From positions 1-43,363 of the forward strand of contig JAGBOK010000031.1 in NCBI GenBank assembly GCA_017633905.1: 43,363 bases of DNA, given 5' to 3'. A program made the position numbers and the translations under genes. Below the pieces are notes generated by a model. That model was given only the letters and a program-made list of their open reading frames with translations, had not been told where the DNA came from and searched no databases. Origin of the DNA: Eubacterium sp. (GTDB taxonomy: Bacteria > Bacillota > Clostridia > Lachnospirales > Lachnospiraceae). Shown here piece by piece: positions 29,299 to 38,253 of the stretch (positions are counted from its first letter, which is position 1; each line of letters begins with the position of its first letter).

Positions 29299-30867
29299 AT
29301 GGGATTTTTACAAAAGTTTTTGGAGTATGAAAACATAGTTGTTCAGTGTCATGACAATCCGGATGCAGACGCGCTTGCATCCGGGTTTGCCTTGTATAAA
29401 TACTTAAAAAACAATGATAAGAACGTAACATTTATATATAGCGGGAGAAACAGGATCACAAAGCCCAATCTGGTTCTCATGAGGGACACCTTAGGGATAC
29501 CCGTTATGTATATCGATAACACACAGACGGAGTTTCCGCCCTGTGATATTCTCATCACCACTGACTGTCAGTACGGCGAGAGCAACGTGACGCATTTTGA
29601 TGCGCCTGTCATTGCCATGATCGACCATCATCAGGTGAGCGTTGATATAGATGATAACTGCCTTGTCAGACCGAATCTCGCATCCTGCTCTACGATCATC
29701 TGGGATCTTCTCCATCAGGAGGGGATCGATGTCAATGATGATATGCAGCTTGCGACCGCGCTTTACTACGGACTATATACTGACAGCAACCGTTTTGAGG
29801 AGCTTTTTCACCCCGTTGACAGGGATATGAGAGACATGATAGCCAAGGACGATTCTCTCATTTTTCATCTGATCAATTCCAATCTCTCAATAGATGAGCT
29901 TGGCATTGCGAGCCGCGCCCTCACCGGACAGCACTTTGATGAGGACAAGAGATATTCCGTGATCTGCGCGGATCCCTGCGACCCCAATATACTTGGCGTT
30001 ATATCTGATTTCGTGATCCAGGTCGATCAGATAGATACCTGTGTTGCATACTCACCGAACCAGGACGGCTACAAATTATCCGTCAGAAGCTGTGTGAAGC
30101 TTACCAAGGCTAACGAGCTCGCTGGTTTTTTATGTGAAGGGATAGGAAACGGCGGAGGTCATCTCAACAAGGCAGGAGGCTTCATAGTCAGAGATCTCTT
30201 TGAGAAAAAATACCCCGATATGATAGCGAAGGCAAGGTCAGCTCCTGATTATCTTTACAGGCGCGCTGATGACAGATTCCCTGACGGAATAGGGGATTAC
30301 CTCTTTGAACGGATGAGAGTATATCATGATATTTATGAGATCATATACGCGTCAGATTATGAGGCGGATACAGAAAAAATGTCCCGTTATGTCAAGCTTC
30401 CCGTCACTGTCGGCTATGTGAAGGCAGATGATATCGTAAAAGAAGGGATGCCGATACTCATTCGTACTCTCGAGGGAGATATAGATCTTGAAGTTGAGGA
30501 TGATATGTATCTGATGATAGGAGTTGAGGGAGAGGTGTATCCTATCAGGGAGAAAAAATTCAAGACCTCCTACGAGCTTGTCGATGAGCTGCCTGAGACT
30601 TATGGGGATTATTCTCCCACGGTCAGGGACACCATATACGGAAATGTATATTCACTCTCTGAGAAAATGAAAGGCTGCAGATCCAAAGGCACCACCGGCG
30701 TATATGCCATGAAGCTCGACCATCCCGTCAAGGTATTTACCGCATGGGATCAGAACAAGTATTACAGGGGGCTTGAAGGAGACTACCTTGTTGTCAGAGA
30801 GGATGACCTTCATGATGTCTATATCGTGAGAGATGATATATTTGACAAAACCTATGAGGCTGTCTGA
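29299..30867 (+). CDS. DHH/DHHA1 phosphoesterase with a duplicated C-terminal PGDYG-like domain
   Basis: HDNPDADA, TDCQ, IDHH, YTDS, SVRS, GGGH. C-terminal repeats RTLEG..YLMIGVEGEVYPI..KFKTSYE and TAWD..EGDYLV..DVYIV..IFDKTYE. Confidence 0.85.
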   Translation: MGFLQKFLEYENIVVQCHDNPDADALASGFALYKYLKNNDKNVTFIYSGRNRITKPNLVLMRDTLGIPVMYIDNTQTEFPPCDILITTDCQYGESNVTHFDAPVIAMIDHHQVSVDIDDNCLVRPNLASCSTIIWDLLHQEGIDVNDDMQLATALYYGLYTDSNRFEELFHPVDRDMRDMIAKDDSLIFHLINSNLSIDELGIASRALTGQHFDEDKRYSVICADPCDPNILGVISDFVIQVDQIDTCVAYSPNQDGYKLSVRSCVKLTKANELAGFLCEGIGNGGGHLNKAGGFIVRDLFEKKYPDMIAKARSAPDYLYRRADDRFPDGIGDYLFERMRVYHDIYEIIYASDYEADTEKMSRYVKLPVTVGYVKADDIVKEGMPILIRTLEGDIDLEVEDDMYLMIGVEGEVYPIREKKFKTSYELVDELPETYGDYSPTVRDTIYGNVYSLSEKMKGCRSKGTTGVYAMKLDHPVKVFTAWDQNKYYRGLEGDYLVVREDDLHDVYIVRDDIFDKTYEAV

Positions 30868-30932
30868 TAAAATCGGTATTTTCCCTGATAAAATAAATGA
30901 GAGAGCACGTGTCCCTCTGATAGGAGAGAGCA

Positions 30933-33900
30933 TTGAAATACGCAGCATTTATAAGCTATCGTCACGACGGACTTGATGAAAAGGCTGCCGTGCGCATACA
31001 AAAGGAAATAGAGAATTACCGCATACCGAAAAAAATAGTATCAGCCATGTCAGATGACATAAGCTCTTTTGATGAACAGGCATCAGCAGATGAAAGTGTT
31101 TACTCAGAAAAGAAGGCTGAGGTCACTGCAAATAACAGAATTATCGGTAAGGTATTTCGTGATGCTGATGAGTTTGGAGCATCATCTGACTTGTCTGAGG
31201 CGATCCGCGAAGCGCTTGATGAGAGCGAGTGGCTGATCGCTATATGTTCGGAAAGATATCTTGAATCCAAATGGTGCATGGAGGAGATAGATCATTTTAT
31301 AAGCACCAGAGGATACGACAAAATAATAGTGATACTGCTTGATGGAGAGCCGCAGACGAGCTTTCCGAGAGCCCTTACACATATAAAAATATCGGACAGC
31401 CGGTCTGCAAAAACAACGTCAGGCGATGTGATCCTATCCTCTGATTCTGACTTGTCAAAACAGATAACAACAGACGCAGACGGAAATAAATACCTGATAA
31501 GAGAGCCTCTGGCAATAGATATCAGAGGCTCTTCCGAGGCAGAGCTCAGGAAAAATATCAAAAGAGAAAAGCTGCGTATTTTTTCTACAATGCTCGGAGT
31601 TGATTATGACACGCTGCGCAGACGCCAGAGAGAGAGAAGAAACAAACGTATTGCGGCTTTAGCATCAGTATTGTTCATAGCTTTAGCAGCATTTACCGCT
31701 GTTATTACGCTGAAGAATATAGAGCTTGGCAGAGCCTATGATGCCCTCGATGCGTCCAACAAAGAGACTCTGAGGGGTGAGTCCTACTATCTCTCCGAAT
31801 ACGCGGATGCCGCTTATCTGAACGGAGATGACAAGACGGCGGCGATGCTGGCTCTCAGCGCGCTGCCGGAGGATCTCGATGCTCCGGACAGACCGTATGT
31901 GGCACAGGCGATGAGGTCTCTCACAAGAGCTCTCGGGATATATGATTACAGTGCGGGCTACAAGGCAGAGACATATATAGAAAACCATACCTCCGAAACC
32001 TACGATACAAGATCAGAGCTTAGTGATGACGGGATGAGACTTCTCATAGAGACCTACACCCAGACAGCGGGAAACATGCTGGAGCGGAGTGTCAGGGTGT
32101 GTTCGCTGCCGGACGGAGAAGAGCTGTGCAGCTATCAGGAGTCGCCTGTTTCAAGGAGCTATGATCATCCGGCTGCCATGGGAGCCGATCTGAGCTCTGA
32201 TGGGAAATACCTTACATTTCTTTCTCCTGATGGTCTGAAAAAAATAGAGATAGATACGGGAGATGAAATATATTCAGGAAAGAGATCATCAGAGCTGCGT
32301 ACCGGTGAATCAGAAGGAGTGACAGTTGCCATAGACTATGAGGAGGGCAGGCTGTACAGCTATGATGAGAAGGGTGAGACGGTAATAAATGCCGAGATAG
32401 GACAGGGCATGAATTATCAGCTTGGCGGCATCTCTCCGGATGAGAAATATGTCTGCCTTGCCGCCAACACAGAGGATGCGTTCGGAATAATAACGATAAA
32501 CTTAAGTGACGGGCAGAACTCTTTTTTTGATATGCCGGGGATCTGTACCAGGGTGAATTATATAGATGACGGCAGACTGTTATTTTTATTAAGTGATGAG
32601 ACGGACGGACTTAAACATATAGTGCTCTATGATATAGCGGAGGGCGACAGAAGATATCTTTGTGATGCTGACTGGGATATGACCACCATGACTGTATCGG
32701 GAGACAACAGCATGGTTTATTACTATCATGAAAACACCTTGTACGAGATTGATTTAAACAGTAAAAAAGGAAATACCGTTTGGGAGAAGACCTACCCGTC
32801 GAGCGTCATGTCCGTAGCCGGCGGAGACGGGGTGGTCGCAGTGTCATGCCATGATGGAACGGTGTATTTTTATGAAGAGGGATCAAAAAGACAAATAAGC
32901 TGTCTTGCAGGTTCATCACAGAGTTGGTATCTGATGAATCTGACACCTAAAAAAGCAACGCTCAGGGATTTCTGGGGGAGTGTGGTCAGGGTGTATTCTA
33001 CCGAGCATGAGTCACTGATTTCCCATGCGGACGATTCCGCTTCCGGATCGGCGGCAGTAGTTCTCCCCGACAACTGGTATGCGTGCGGGGCCTCGGGCGG
33101 GAAATTCGCAATGGGCTTTCACTCCGGGGCAGTTGATACTCTGGCGGTATTTGATGCCTCCGATCTGACCGGTATATCTTCAGCCCCGCTTGCGCAGATG
33201 GGGATAGGCAGCTTTGAAAACAAGGTAATAGATATGTCCGGTGATTCCTATGTTTCGATCACTGATTATGATGATTATACTACCTCTCACTTTGCGTCAG
33301 ATACCTTAAAAGAAACATTGGAATTAAGTGATAATGATATTTATTATTACAACGAGACGGGCGATACCATTTTTTTCTCAAAAGACAGATATATAGAAGA
33401 AATTGATGCCATGACCGGAGAGAAAAAGAACAGCTATAAGCTTTCTGTCGGCTGTGACAGGGGAGTGAAAATAGGTGATACTGTTATTTGCGGTAATGAT
33501 GATAGAATAAAAATAAACAGACTGACGATAAAAAATGCCGTACTATACGCATTTAACGCAAAAAGAAATCTGATCTTTTACAGAAGCGTTGATGAAAAAA
33601 AATGGTATGTATATGATATCAAACAGAAAAAAAACGTATTAAAAGGTACATCAGGCAATTATTCAAGTACGATGTTTTTCGGAAACAACAGATATTTTCT
33701 AAATGATTATAGTGAAGTATATGACATGGAAACCATGAAAAAGGTCTTGGATGTATCGGAGCTTGGTACATCTGTCTACGGTGTGCAGACAACAGACGAG
33801 CTTCCGTTTTTTATAGTCAGATGCGAGGAGAACTCCGGGAATGCCTCATCAGGCGGCAGCACAGGCTACCTTTATGAGAAGGACGGGAGTGGCGAGATAG

Positions 33901-34085
33901 TGGGTGATATACCCGGATATGTCACGGTGGCAGAGGATGGTGATGTCATAGTATTTGACGGAGAGAAGACCTTGCACAAAATAAAGCTGTATACCCCCGC
34001 GCAGATATTGGGACTTGCTAAAGACAGAGTAGGTGCATGGCAGTTTACTCCCTACCAGAGAGAGAAATATCATTTGTACTCATGA
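30933..34085 (+). CDS. TIR domain - transmembrane helix - WD40/beta-propeller protein
   Basis: TTG start after GGAGAG. AFISYRH, VFRD..E, ALDESEWLIAICS..YLESKWCMEEI (catalytic Glu position). RRRQRERRNKR followed by a hydrophobic helix, then about 700 aa of beta-repeats (LSDDG, LSSDG, ISPDE, VSGDN). Confidence 0.85.
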   Translation: MKYAAFISYRHDGLDEKAAVRIQKEIENYRIPKKIVSAMSDDISSFDEQASADESVYSEKKAEVTANNRIIGKVFRDADEFGASSDLSEAIREALDESEWLIAICSERYLESKWCMEEIDHFISTRGYDKIIVILLDGEPQTSFPRALTHIKISDSRSAKTTSGDVILSSDSDLSKQITTDADGNKYLIREPLAIDIRGSSEAELRKNIKREKLRIFSTMLGVDYDTLRRRQRERRNKRIAALASVLFIALAAFTAVITLKNIELGRAYDALDASNKETLRGESYYLSEYADAAYLNGDDKTAAMLALSALPEDLDAPDRPYVAQAMRSLTRALGIYDYSAGYKAETYIENHTSETYDTRSELSDDGMRLLIETYTQTAGNMLERSVRVCSLPDGEELCSYQESPVSRSYDHPAAMGADLSSDGKYLTFLSPDGLKKIEIDTGDEIYSGKRSSELRTGESEGVTVAIDYEEGRLYSYDEKGETVINAEIGQGMNYQLGGISPDEKYVCLAANTEDAFGIITINLSDGQNSFFDMPGICTRVNYIDDGRLLFLLSDETDGLKHIVLYDIAEGDRRYLCDADWDMTTMTVSGDNSMVYYYHENTLYEIDLNSKKGNTVWEKTYPSSVMSVAGGDGVVAVSCHDGTVYFYEEGSKRQISCLAGSSQSWYLMNLTPKKATLRDFWGSVVRVYSTEHESLISHADDSASGSAAVVLPDNWYACGASGGKFAMGFHSGAVDTLAVFDASDLTGISSAPLAQMGIGSFENKVIDMSGDSYVSITDYDDYTTSHFASDTLKETLELSDNDIYYYNETGDTIFFSKDRYIEEIDAMTGEKKNSYKLSVGCDRGVKIGDTVICGNDDRIKINRLTIKNAVLYAFNAKRNLIFYRSVDEKKWYVYDIKQKKNVLKGTSGNYSSTMFFGNNRYFLNDYSEVYDMETMKKVLDVSELGTSVYGVQTTDELPFFIVRCEENSGNASSGGSTGYLYEKDGSGEIVGDIPGYVTVAEDGDVIVFDGEKTLHKIKLYTPAQILGLAKDRVGAWQFTPYQREKYHLYS

Positions 34086-34196
34086 TGTTTTCCTTGTTAT
34101 TTTTTGAAATGGATGATATAATCAGGAAGACGCTGGTCAAAGCGTATTCTTGGTTTCAATGTATGATCGGGTGGATATTTTGGAGACTGTCACTAT

Positions 34197-34436
34197 GTGG
34201 GGAAATTAGATATGGGCGGGATGGATCAGCATATCAAAGGCATGTATAACATAACTGATGGTGATTTTATGCTTGAGCTGAATGCGCTTAATGATTCATT
34301 CCATATCTGTTTCCATCTTATCAATAAAAAGAGAAAGCCGCTTGATGAGTTTCTCAGGGTGCTTGACGAGGAGCATATCCCGTATAAAGTATCCGACAGG
34401 ATGACCAGATATCTTCCAAAGCTCATGCTTCCGTAA
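34197..34436 (+). pseudogene. C-terminal fragment of an acyltransferase-like gene (family of 16640-17944)
   Basis: YVGKLDMGGMDQHIKGMY resembles VSGRAEIGGGMDEKLENIY near the end of the 16640 protein; no RBS or N-terminal domain. Confidence 0.45.
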
Positions 34437-34446
34437 GGAGAAATAA

Positions 34447-34680
34447 ATGTCGATATTCAGGAAGAAAAAAACATCTCTGCTTCCCGAGGTAAAATATGAT
34501 CCCGAAACCACGGAGGCTATACTGAAATGTAATACCTGCAACAGAGACAGGGTATTGGTGTTTAAGGATATAAATACCGGAGAACTCACTGAGGTAGCCA
34601 ATATCCTTTCTGATCATGAGCTCGAGGATTATAAAAAAACATACGGTATCAATACCATTCATGAGGTGTATGGATGGTAA
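34447..34680 (+). CDS. Small conserved hypothetical protein (CxxC)
   Basis: Strong AAGGAG RBS; 77 aa; CNTC and FKDINTG. Confidence 0.7.
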   Translation: MSIFRKKKTSLLPEVKYDPETTEAILKCNTCNRDRVLVFKDINTGELTEVANILSDHELEDYKKTYGINTIHEVYGW

Positions 34681-34708
34681 AAAACAATAATACGGGAGGC
34701 ATCCTCGC

Positions 34709-35314
34709 ATGAGCATAAAAAACGTGATCTTTGATGTTGGAGATGTGCTTGTCAGCTTCAGATATATGGACTATATGAGAGAGCTTGGATTTGATATTGA
34801 AACCGCAGAGTTTATCCGTGACAACATAATATTGACCGACTTCTGGAAAGGACTTGACGCGGGCAGGGAGGATATTGATGACGCGGCAGCAAAATTCTCA
34901 TCTCTTTATCCTGAGTTTGAGCATGAGATCAGATCCTTTTGGGAGAATATAGCTGACATCGTTTCGGAATATGATTACTCTGCACCGCTTATCAAAAAGC
35001 TGAAGGACAGAGGCTACAGAGTTTATCTGCTTTCAAACTATCCCGACAAGCTCGCTGATATGCACTGGTCGCAGTTTTCATTTCTTGATATGACAGACGG
35101 ATATATAATCTCGGCAAAGGTAAAGCTTGCCAAGCCTGATCCCGCGATCTTTCATCTGCTGATGGATAAATATGACCTTGATATAAAAGAATGTCTGTTC
35201 ATTGATGACAACAAAGACAATATAGAGGCAGCAAACAGACTTGGACTTGCTAATATCTTATTTACAGGCTACGATAACATGATATCCGATCTCAGGGAAA
35301 TGAAAATCATGTGA
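34709..35314 (+). CDS. HAD-superfamily phosphatase (subfamily IA)
   Basis: IFDVGDVL, LLSN, KPDPAIF, FIDD...N. Confidence 0.92.
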   Translation: MSIKNVIFDVGDVLVSFRYMDYMRELGFDIETAEFIRDNIILTDFWKGLDAGREDIDDAAAKFSSLYPEFEHEIRSFWENIADIVSEYDYSAPLIKKLKDRGYRVYLLSNYPDKLADMHWSQFSFLDMTDGYIISAKVKLAKPDPAIFHLLMDKYDLDIKECLFIDDNKDNIEAANRLGLANILFTGYDNMISDLREMKIM

Positions 35315-35315
35315 G

Positions 35316-35349
35316 AAAAGTTACTATTCAGCCGTGAATAGTAACTTTT
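35316..35349. terminator. Bidirectional terminator-like palindrome formed by the REP-like element
   Basis: AAAAGTTACTATTCA-GCCG-TGAATAGTAACTTTT, perfect 15 bp arms between the convergent HAD and MFS genes; includes the MFS stop. Confidence 0.75.
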
Positions 35350-36581
35350 TTTCGCATACTAAAGCCGGCTATCACTACGCCGATACCGCAGATAACGGTA
35401 CCGACGGTGAGCATAACGGTGATCCCCAGATTATCCAGTATCCAGCCGCTTATGAGATTTGAGAACACACCGCCTATTGTTATTGCGCTCGTGATGAATG
35501 CCTGTCCCTTCACCTGGTCAAGCTCTGCCATATTCTCGCTCACATAGTACGCCGCTGCCGGTATGAAAACCGCGTATGCAAACATCTGGAATGACTGGCT
35601 GATATACATCATGACCATATTGGCGGCAAAGATAAGTATTAGTATCTTTATAAAAAATGCTACGCCGGAGACGATCAGCAGGGTGTTCGAGGTTATCTTC
35701 TTCAGGATGATACCTATGAGAGCCATTACGGGGAGCTCTAATATCGCCTGAAGGAAGTTGGCATAACCAAGCTCTGTTTCTCCTCCGCCGAGAGCTCTGA
35801 TGATTTGTATCATAAAATCATTTATCATATTGTGGGCAAAGAAAAAACAGATGGTGGCGACCAAAAACCACGCATATGCAGGATAGGTCTTTATAAAATC
35901 AAAGAAGTTGTTGTGAGCTTTTTCCTGTGATATACTTTCCGGTTCTGATGTAACATATGCTGTCTTTTCCAATAGCCTGTCATCATCAGGGTGATCTCCT
36001 GAAATCCGGTTTTTCCTGTCAGCAGTAGCCGGCAGCTTAAACGTATAAGCGATCACAGCCGAGATCACCATAGCGACTATGTTGATGATGAGCAGGATCT
36101 TTACTCCCATATTCTCAACGATCCCGCCGACAAAAAAAGCGGTTATGGCAAAGGAAGCCGAGCCAAGCCCTCTTGCAAGACCATAATAGATATTGCAGCC
36201 TGCTTTTTCATATTCAAAGCAAAGAGCGGTCATCACCGGCTGGTATGCAAACTGGACCATGTATATGATGGTATAGAATATAAAAATAACAGGTTTGTTC
36301 TCATCAGAAACCATGAGAATGACTGATCCGGCAAGTATTATCAAAACTGATATGATGATAAACCTGCGGTTGGTAAGTGCGCCCGGTTTGTCGATGATAC
36401 CTGCAAATACAGGCTGTGCAACTGCGGAAAGTATGTTAGCAACTGCAAGTAATATCCCAACTTCCGTATTGTTGAAGCCGTTTGCAAGAAGATACACCGC
36501 AGCCATGGCGTGTATCGTACAGAAAGCTATAAAGTAAGCAGCATTCAAAAGTGTGTATCTGAAAGTCCAGAATCTCCCCAT
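35328..36581 (-). CDS. MFS transporter (LacY/MFS_1-like)
   Basis: About 12 hydrophobic helices; YGLARGLGS; ELPVM; RBS AAGGAG. Confidence 0.9.
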   Translation of the reverse strand: MGRFWTFRYTLLNAAYFIAFCTIHAMAAVYLLANGFNNTEVGILLAVANILSAVAQPVFAGIIDKPGALTNRRFIIISVLIILAGSVILMVSDENKPVIFIFYTIIYMVQFAYQPVMTALCFEYEKAGCNIYYGLARGLGSASFAITAFFVGGIVENMGVKILLIINIVAMVISAVIAYTFKLPATADRKNRISGDHPDDDRLLEKTAYVTSEPESISQEKAHNNFFDFIKTYPAYAWFLVATICFFFAHNMINDFMIQIIRALGGGETELGYANFLQAILELPVMALIGIILKKITSNTLLIVSGVAFFIKILILIFAANMVMMYISQSFQMFAYAVFIPAAAYYVSENMAELDQVKGQAFITSAITIGGVFSNLISGWILDNLGITVMLTVGTVICGIGVVIAGFSMRKKVTIHG

Positions 36582-36591
36582 GTTATTCTCC

Positions 36592-36960
36592 TTAACCTAC
36601 TGCCCGAATCAGACCGCCAAAGCCTTCCTCTTCAAAAATCTTTTTATAATAGGACAGCTCTTTGCTTATCAGCTTGTCGATCTCACCCATTCCGAGAAGC
36701 TCGACCGGTGCCCTGTCATCAGTGAGGATGTTGCCTCCACCCGTGTAAGAAGTCATATTTTTGTTGATGCGGATCATGAGATTTCTCAGATCAAAATGCT
36801 TCTCTGATTCTATGATCCCGATGCCGTTTGGAAGAGATGATACATAAGGCATGTCTGTTCTTGAACTCTGCTCTTTTTCCATCTCTGACACAGCAGTATC
36901 TAACCTGTATCTGATCATGCCTTTTTTCTTCATGGCAAAGAGCTCTCTGTTGGTAGTTCC
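36592..36960 (-). pseudogene. 3' remnant of a fused MFS/spermidine-synthase-like gene, interrupted by the conjugative element
   Basis: Reading upstream of the ORF-track Met extends in frame to GTTNRELFA, with TAG at 36961-36963. The C-terminus ILTDDRAPVELLG is typical of this family. Confidence 0.7.
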
Positions 36961-36990
36961 CTACACTTCGAAGCAGTAATTAGAAGTAAG

Positions 36991-37056
36991 CCCATTATCA
37001 CCCATTATGGCACATTAAAGGCATAGGATTTTGCCGTACTGTACCTCTACTGTACC
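36991..37056. repeat. Helically phased short direct repeats at the element end
   Basis: CCCATTATCA/CCCATTATGG/CACATTAAAG (10 bp period) and TACTGTACC twice (37037, 37048; 11 bp period). Confidence 0.65.
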
Positions 37057-37135
37057 AAAAAACCATAATATACTGCCATATGGTGGGATATAATGGTCGG
37101 TTCACGGATTAAATTTTAATACTGATATGCTTTTT

Positions 37136-37180
37136 AGGCACTTTCTAAGATTCATCGTCTTAAAAAGTGCCTTTTTGTTT
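37136..37180 (+). terminator. Intrinsic terminator-like hairpin in the leader of the first ICE gene
   Basis: AGGCACTTTCTAAGA / TCTTAAAAAGTGCCT (1 mismatch) followed by TTTTGTTT. Confidence 0.6.
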
Positions 37181-37226
37181 CTGCAACGGTCATTAAATTC
37201 TCAGAAAAAGGAATGGAGGACCGAAT

Positions 37227-37466
37227 ATGAGCAAATCAAAAGAACGGGCCGTCATAGAGGATGTGATACCGAAAAGGTATGTGCGCTATGGCGAGGGAGC
37301 GAAGCTTTACAGTATGTCGGAAAACAAGTTCCAGACCGTGGCAAAGCGAGCCAACGCCTGCTACAAGATTGACCGCATGGTGCTGGTGAACTGCGATGAA
37401 TTTGAGGACTACCTGAAGCAAAATTACAAAATGATGACAAATGCCAATGCGAAGGGAGGTGAGTAA
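37227..37466 (+). CDS. DUF6462-family excisionase-like DNA-binding protein
   Basis: KRYVRYGEGAKLYSMSENKF...ANACYKIDRMVLVN..EFEDYL; RBS GGAGG. Confidence 0.75.
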   Translation: MSKSKERAVIEDVIPKRYVRYGEGAKLYSMSENKFQTVAKRANACYKIDRMVLVNCDEFEDYLKQNYKMMTNANAKGGE

Positions 37467-37467
37467 G

Positions 37468-38253
37468 ATGGCGGTAACTTATTGTTGTGCCATACAAAAG
37501 GGAGGTGTGGGCAAGACCACGACCTGCTTCAATCTGGCGTATTCCCTGGCGAAGATGGGGAAAAAGGTATTGGCGGTGGATTTCGACAGCCAGTCCAACC
37601 TTAGCACCTGCTTTGGGAAGCAGGACAGCGGAAATGGCGATTATTACATCGAGGATCTGATGATGGCGATGATGGATGACGAGGAATTGCCGGAGAGAAG
37701 CGAGTATATCTGCACCACAGGCGGCGTGGATTACATTCCATCCACTATAGGGCTGTCTGTGGTGGATGCAAAGCTCCGTATGGAGATGGGGTCTGAAAAT
37801 ATGCTAAAAGACATCCTCAGTCGTTTTAAGGACGATTACGAGATTATCCTCATTGATACCTGCCCTTCGCTTGGGACACTCACTATAAACGCTCTGGCGG
37901 CATCAGATAAGGTAATCATCCCGGCAGACCCGGAACTTCTGACGATGATGGGGCTAAAGGACTTCATGCGGACGGTGACAAAGGTAAAGCGGCGTATCAA
38001 TCCCGACCTGGAAGTGGCGGGGATACTGCTTACCAAGTGCGACACTCGGACGAACCTTTGCAAGGTTATTACGGATGAGGTCGAGGAGGCATACAAGGAC
38101 AAACTGAATGTGTTCCACACCCGGATTCCCAAGACCGTCAAGGTCGGTGAATCCATCTACTATGGAATGAGCATCGAGGACTATGACCCAAAATCTCCTG
38201 CAGGGATTGCTTATTCGGAATTTGCAAAGGAGCTGATGGGATATGAAAACTAA
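37468..38253 (+). CDS. parA: ParA/Soj-family ATPase
   Basis: QKGGVGKTT, VDFDSQSNLS, IDTCPSLG, NALAA; start ATG 37468 after GGAGG. Confidence 0.93.
   Translation: MAVTYCCAIQKGGVGKTTTCFNLAYSLAKMGKKVLAVDFDSQSNLSTCFGKQDSGNGDYYIEDLMMAMMDDEELPERSEYICTTGGVDYIPSTIGLSVVDAKLRMEMGSENMLKDILSRFKDDYEIILIDTCPSLGTLTINALAASDKVIIPADPELLTMMGLKDFMRTVTKVKRRINPDLEVAGILLTKCDTRTNLCKVITDEVEEAYKDKLNVFHTRIPKTVKVGESIYYGMSIEDYDPKSPAGIAYSEFAKELMGYEN

Noticed and set aside
30933-34085. Calling the TIR gene Thoeris, CBASS or an Avs/NLR system
   Set aside because: No ThsA (SIR2/Macro-SLOG), cyclase or STAND NTPase Walker motifs in the protein or nearby.
34447-34680. Enzymatic label (such as aspartate dehydrogenase) sometimes attached to similar small proteins
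   Set aside because: 77 aa with no Rossmann motif; cannot be supported.
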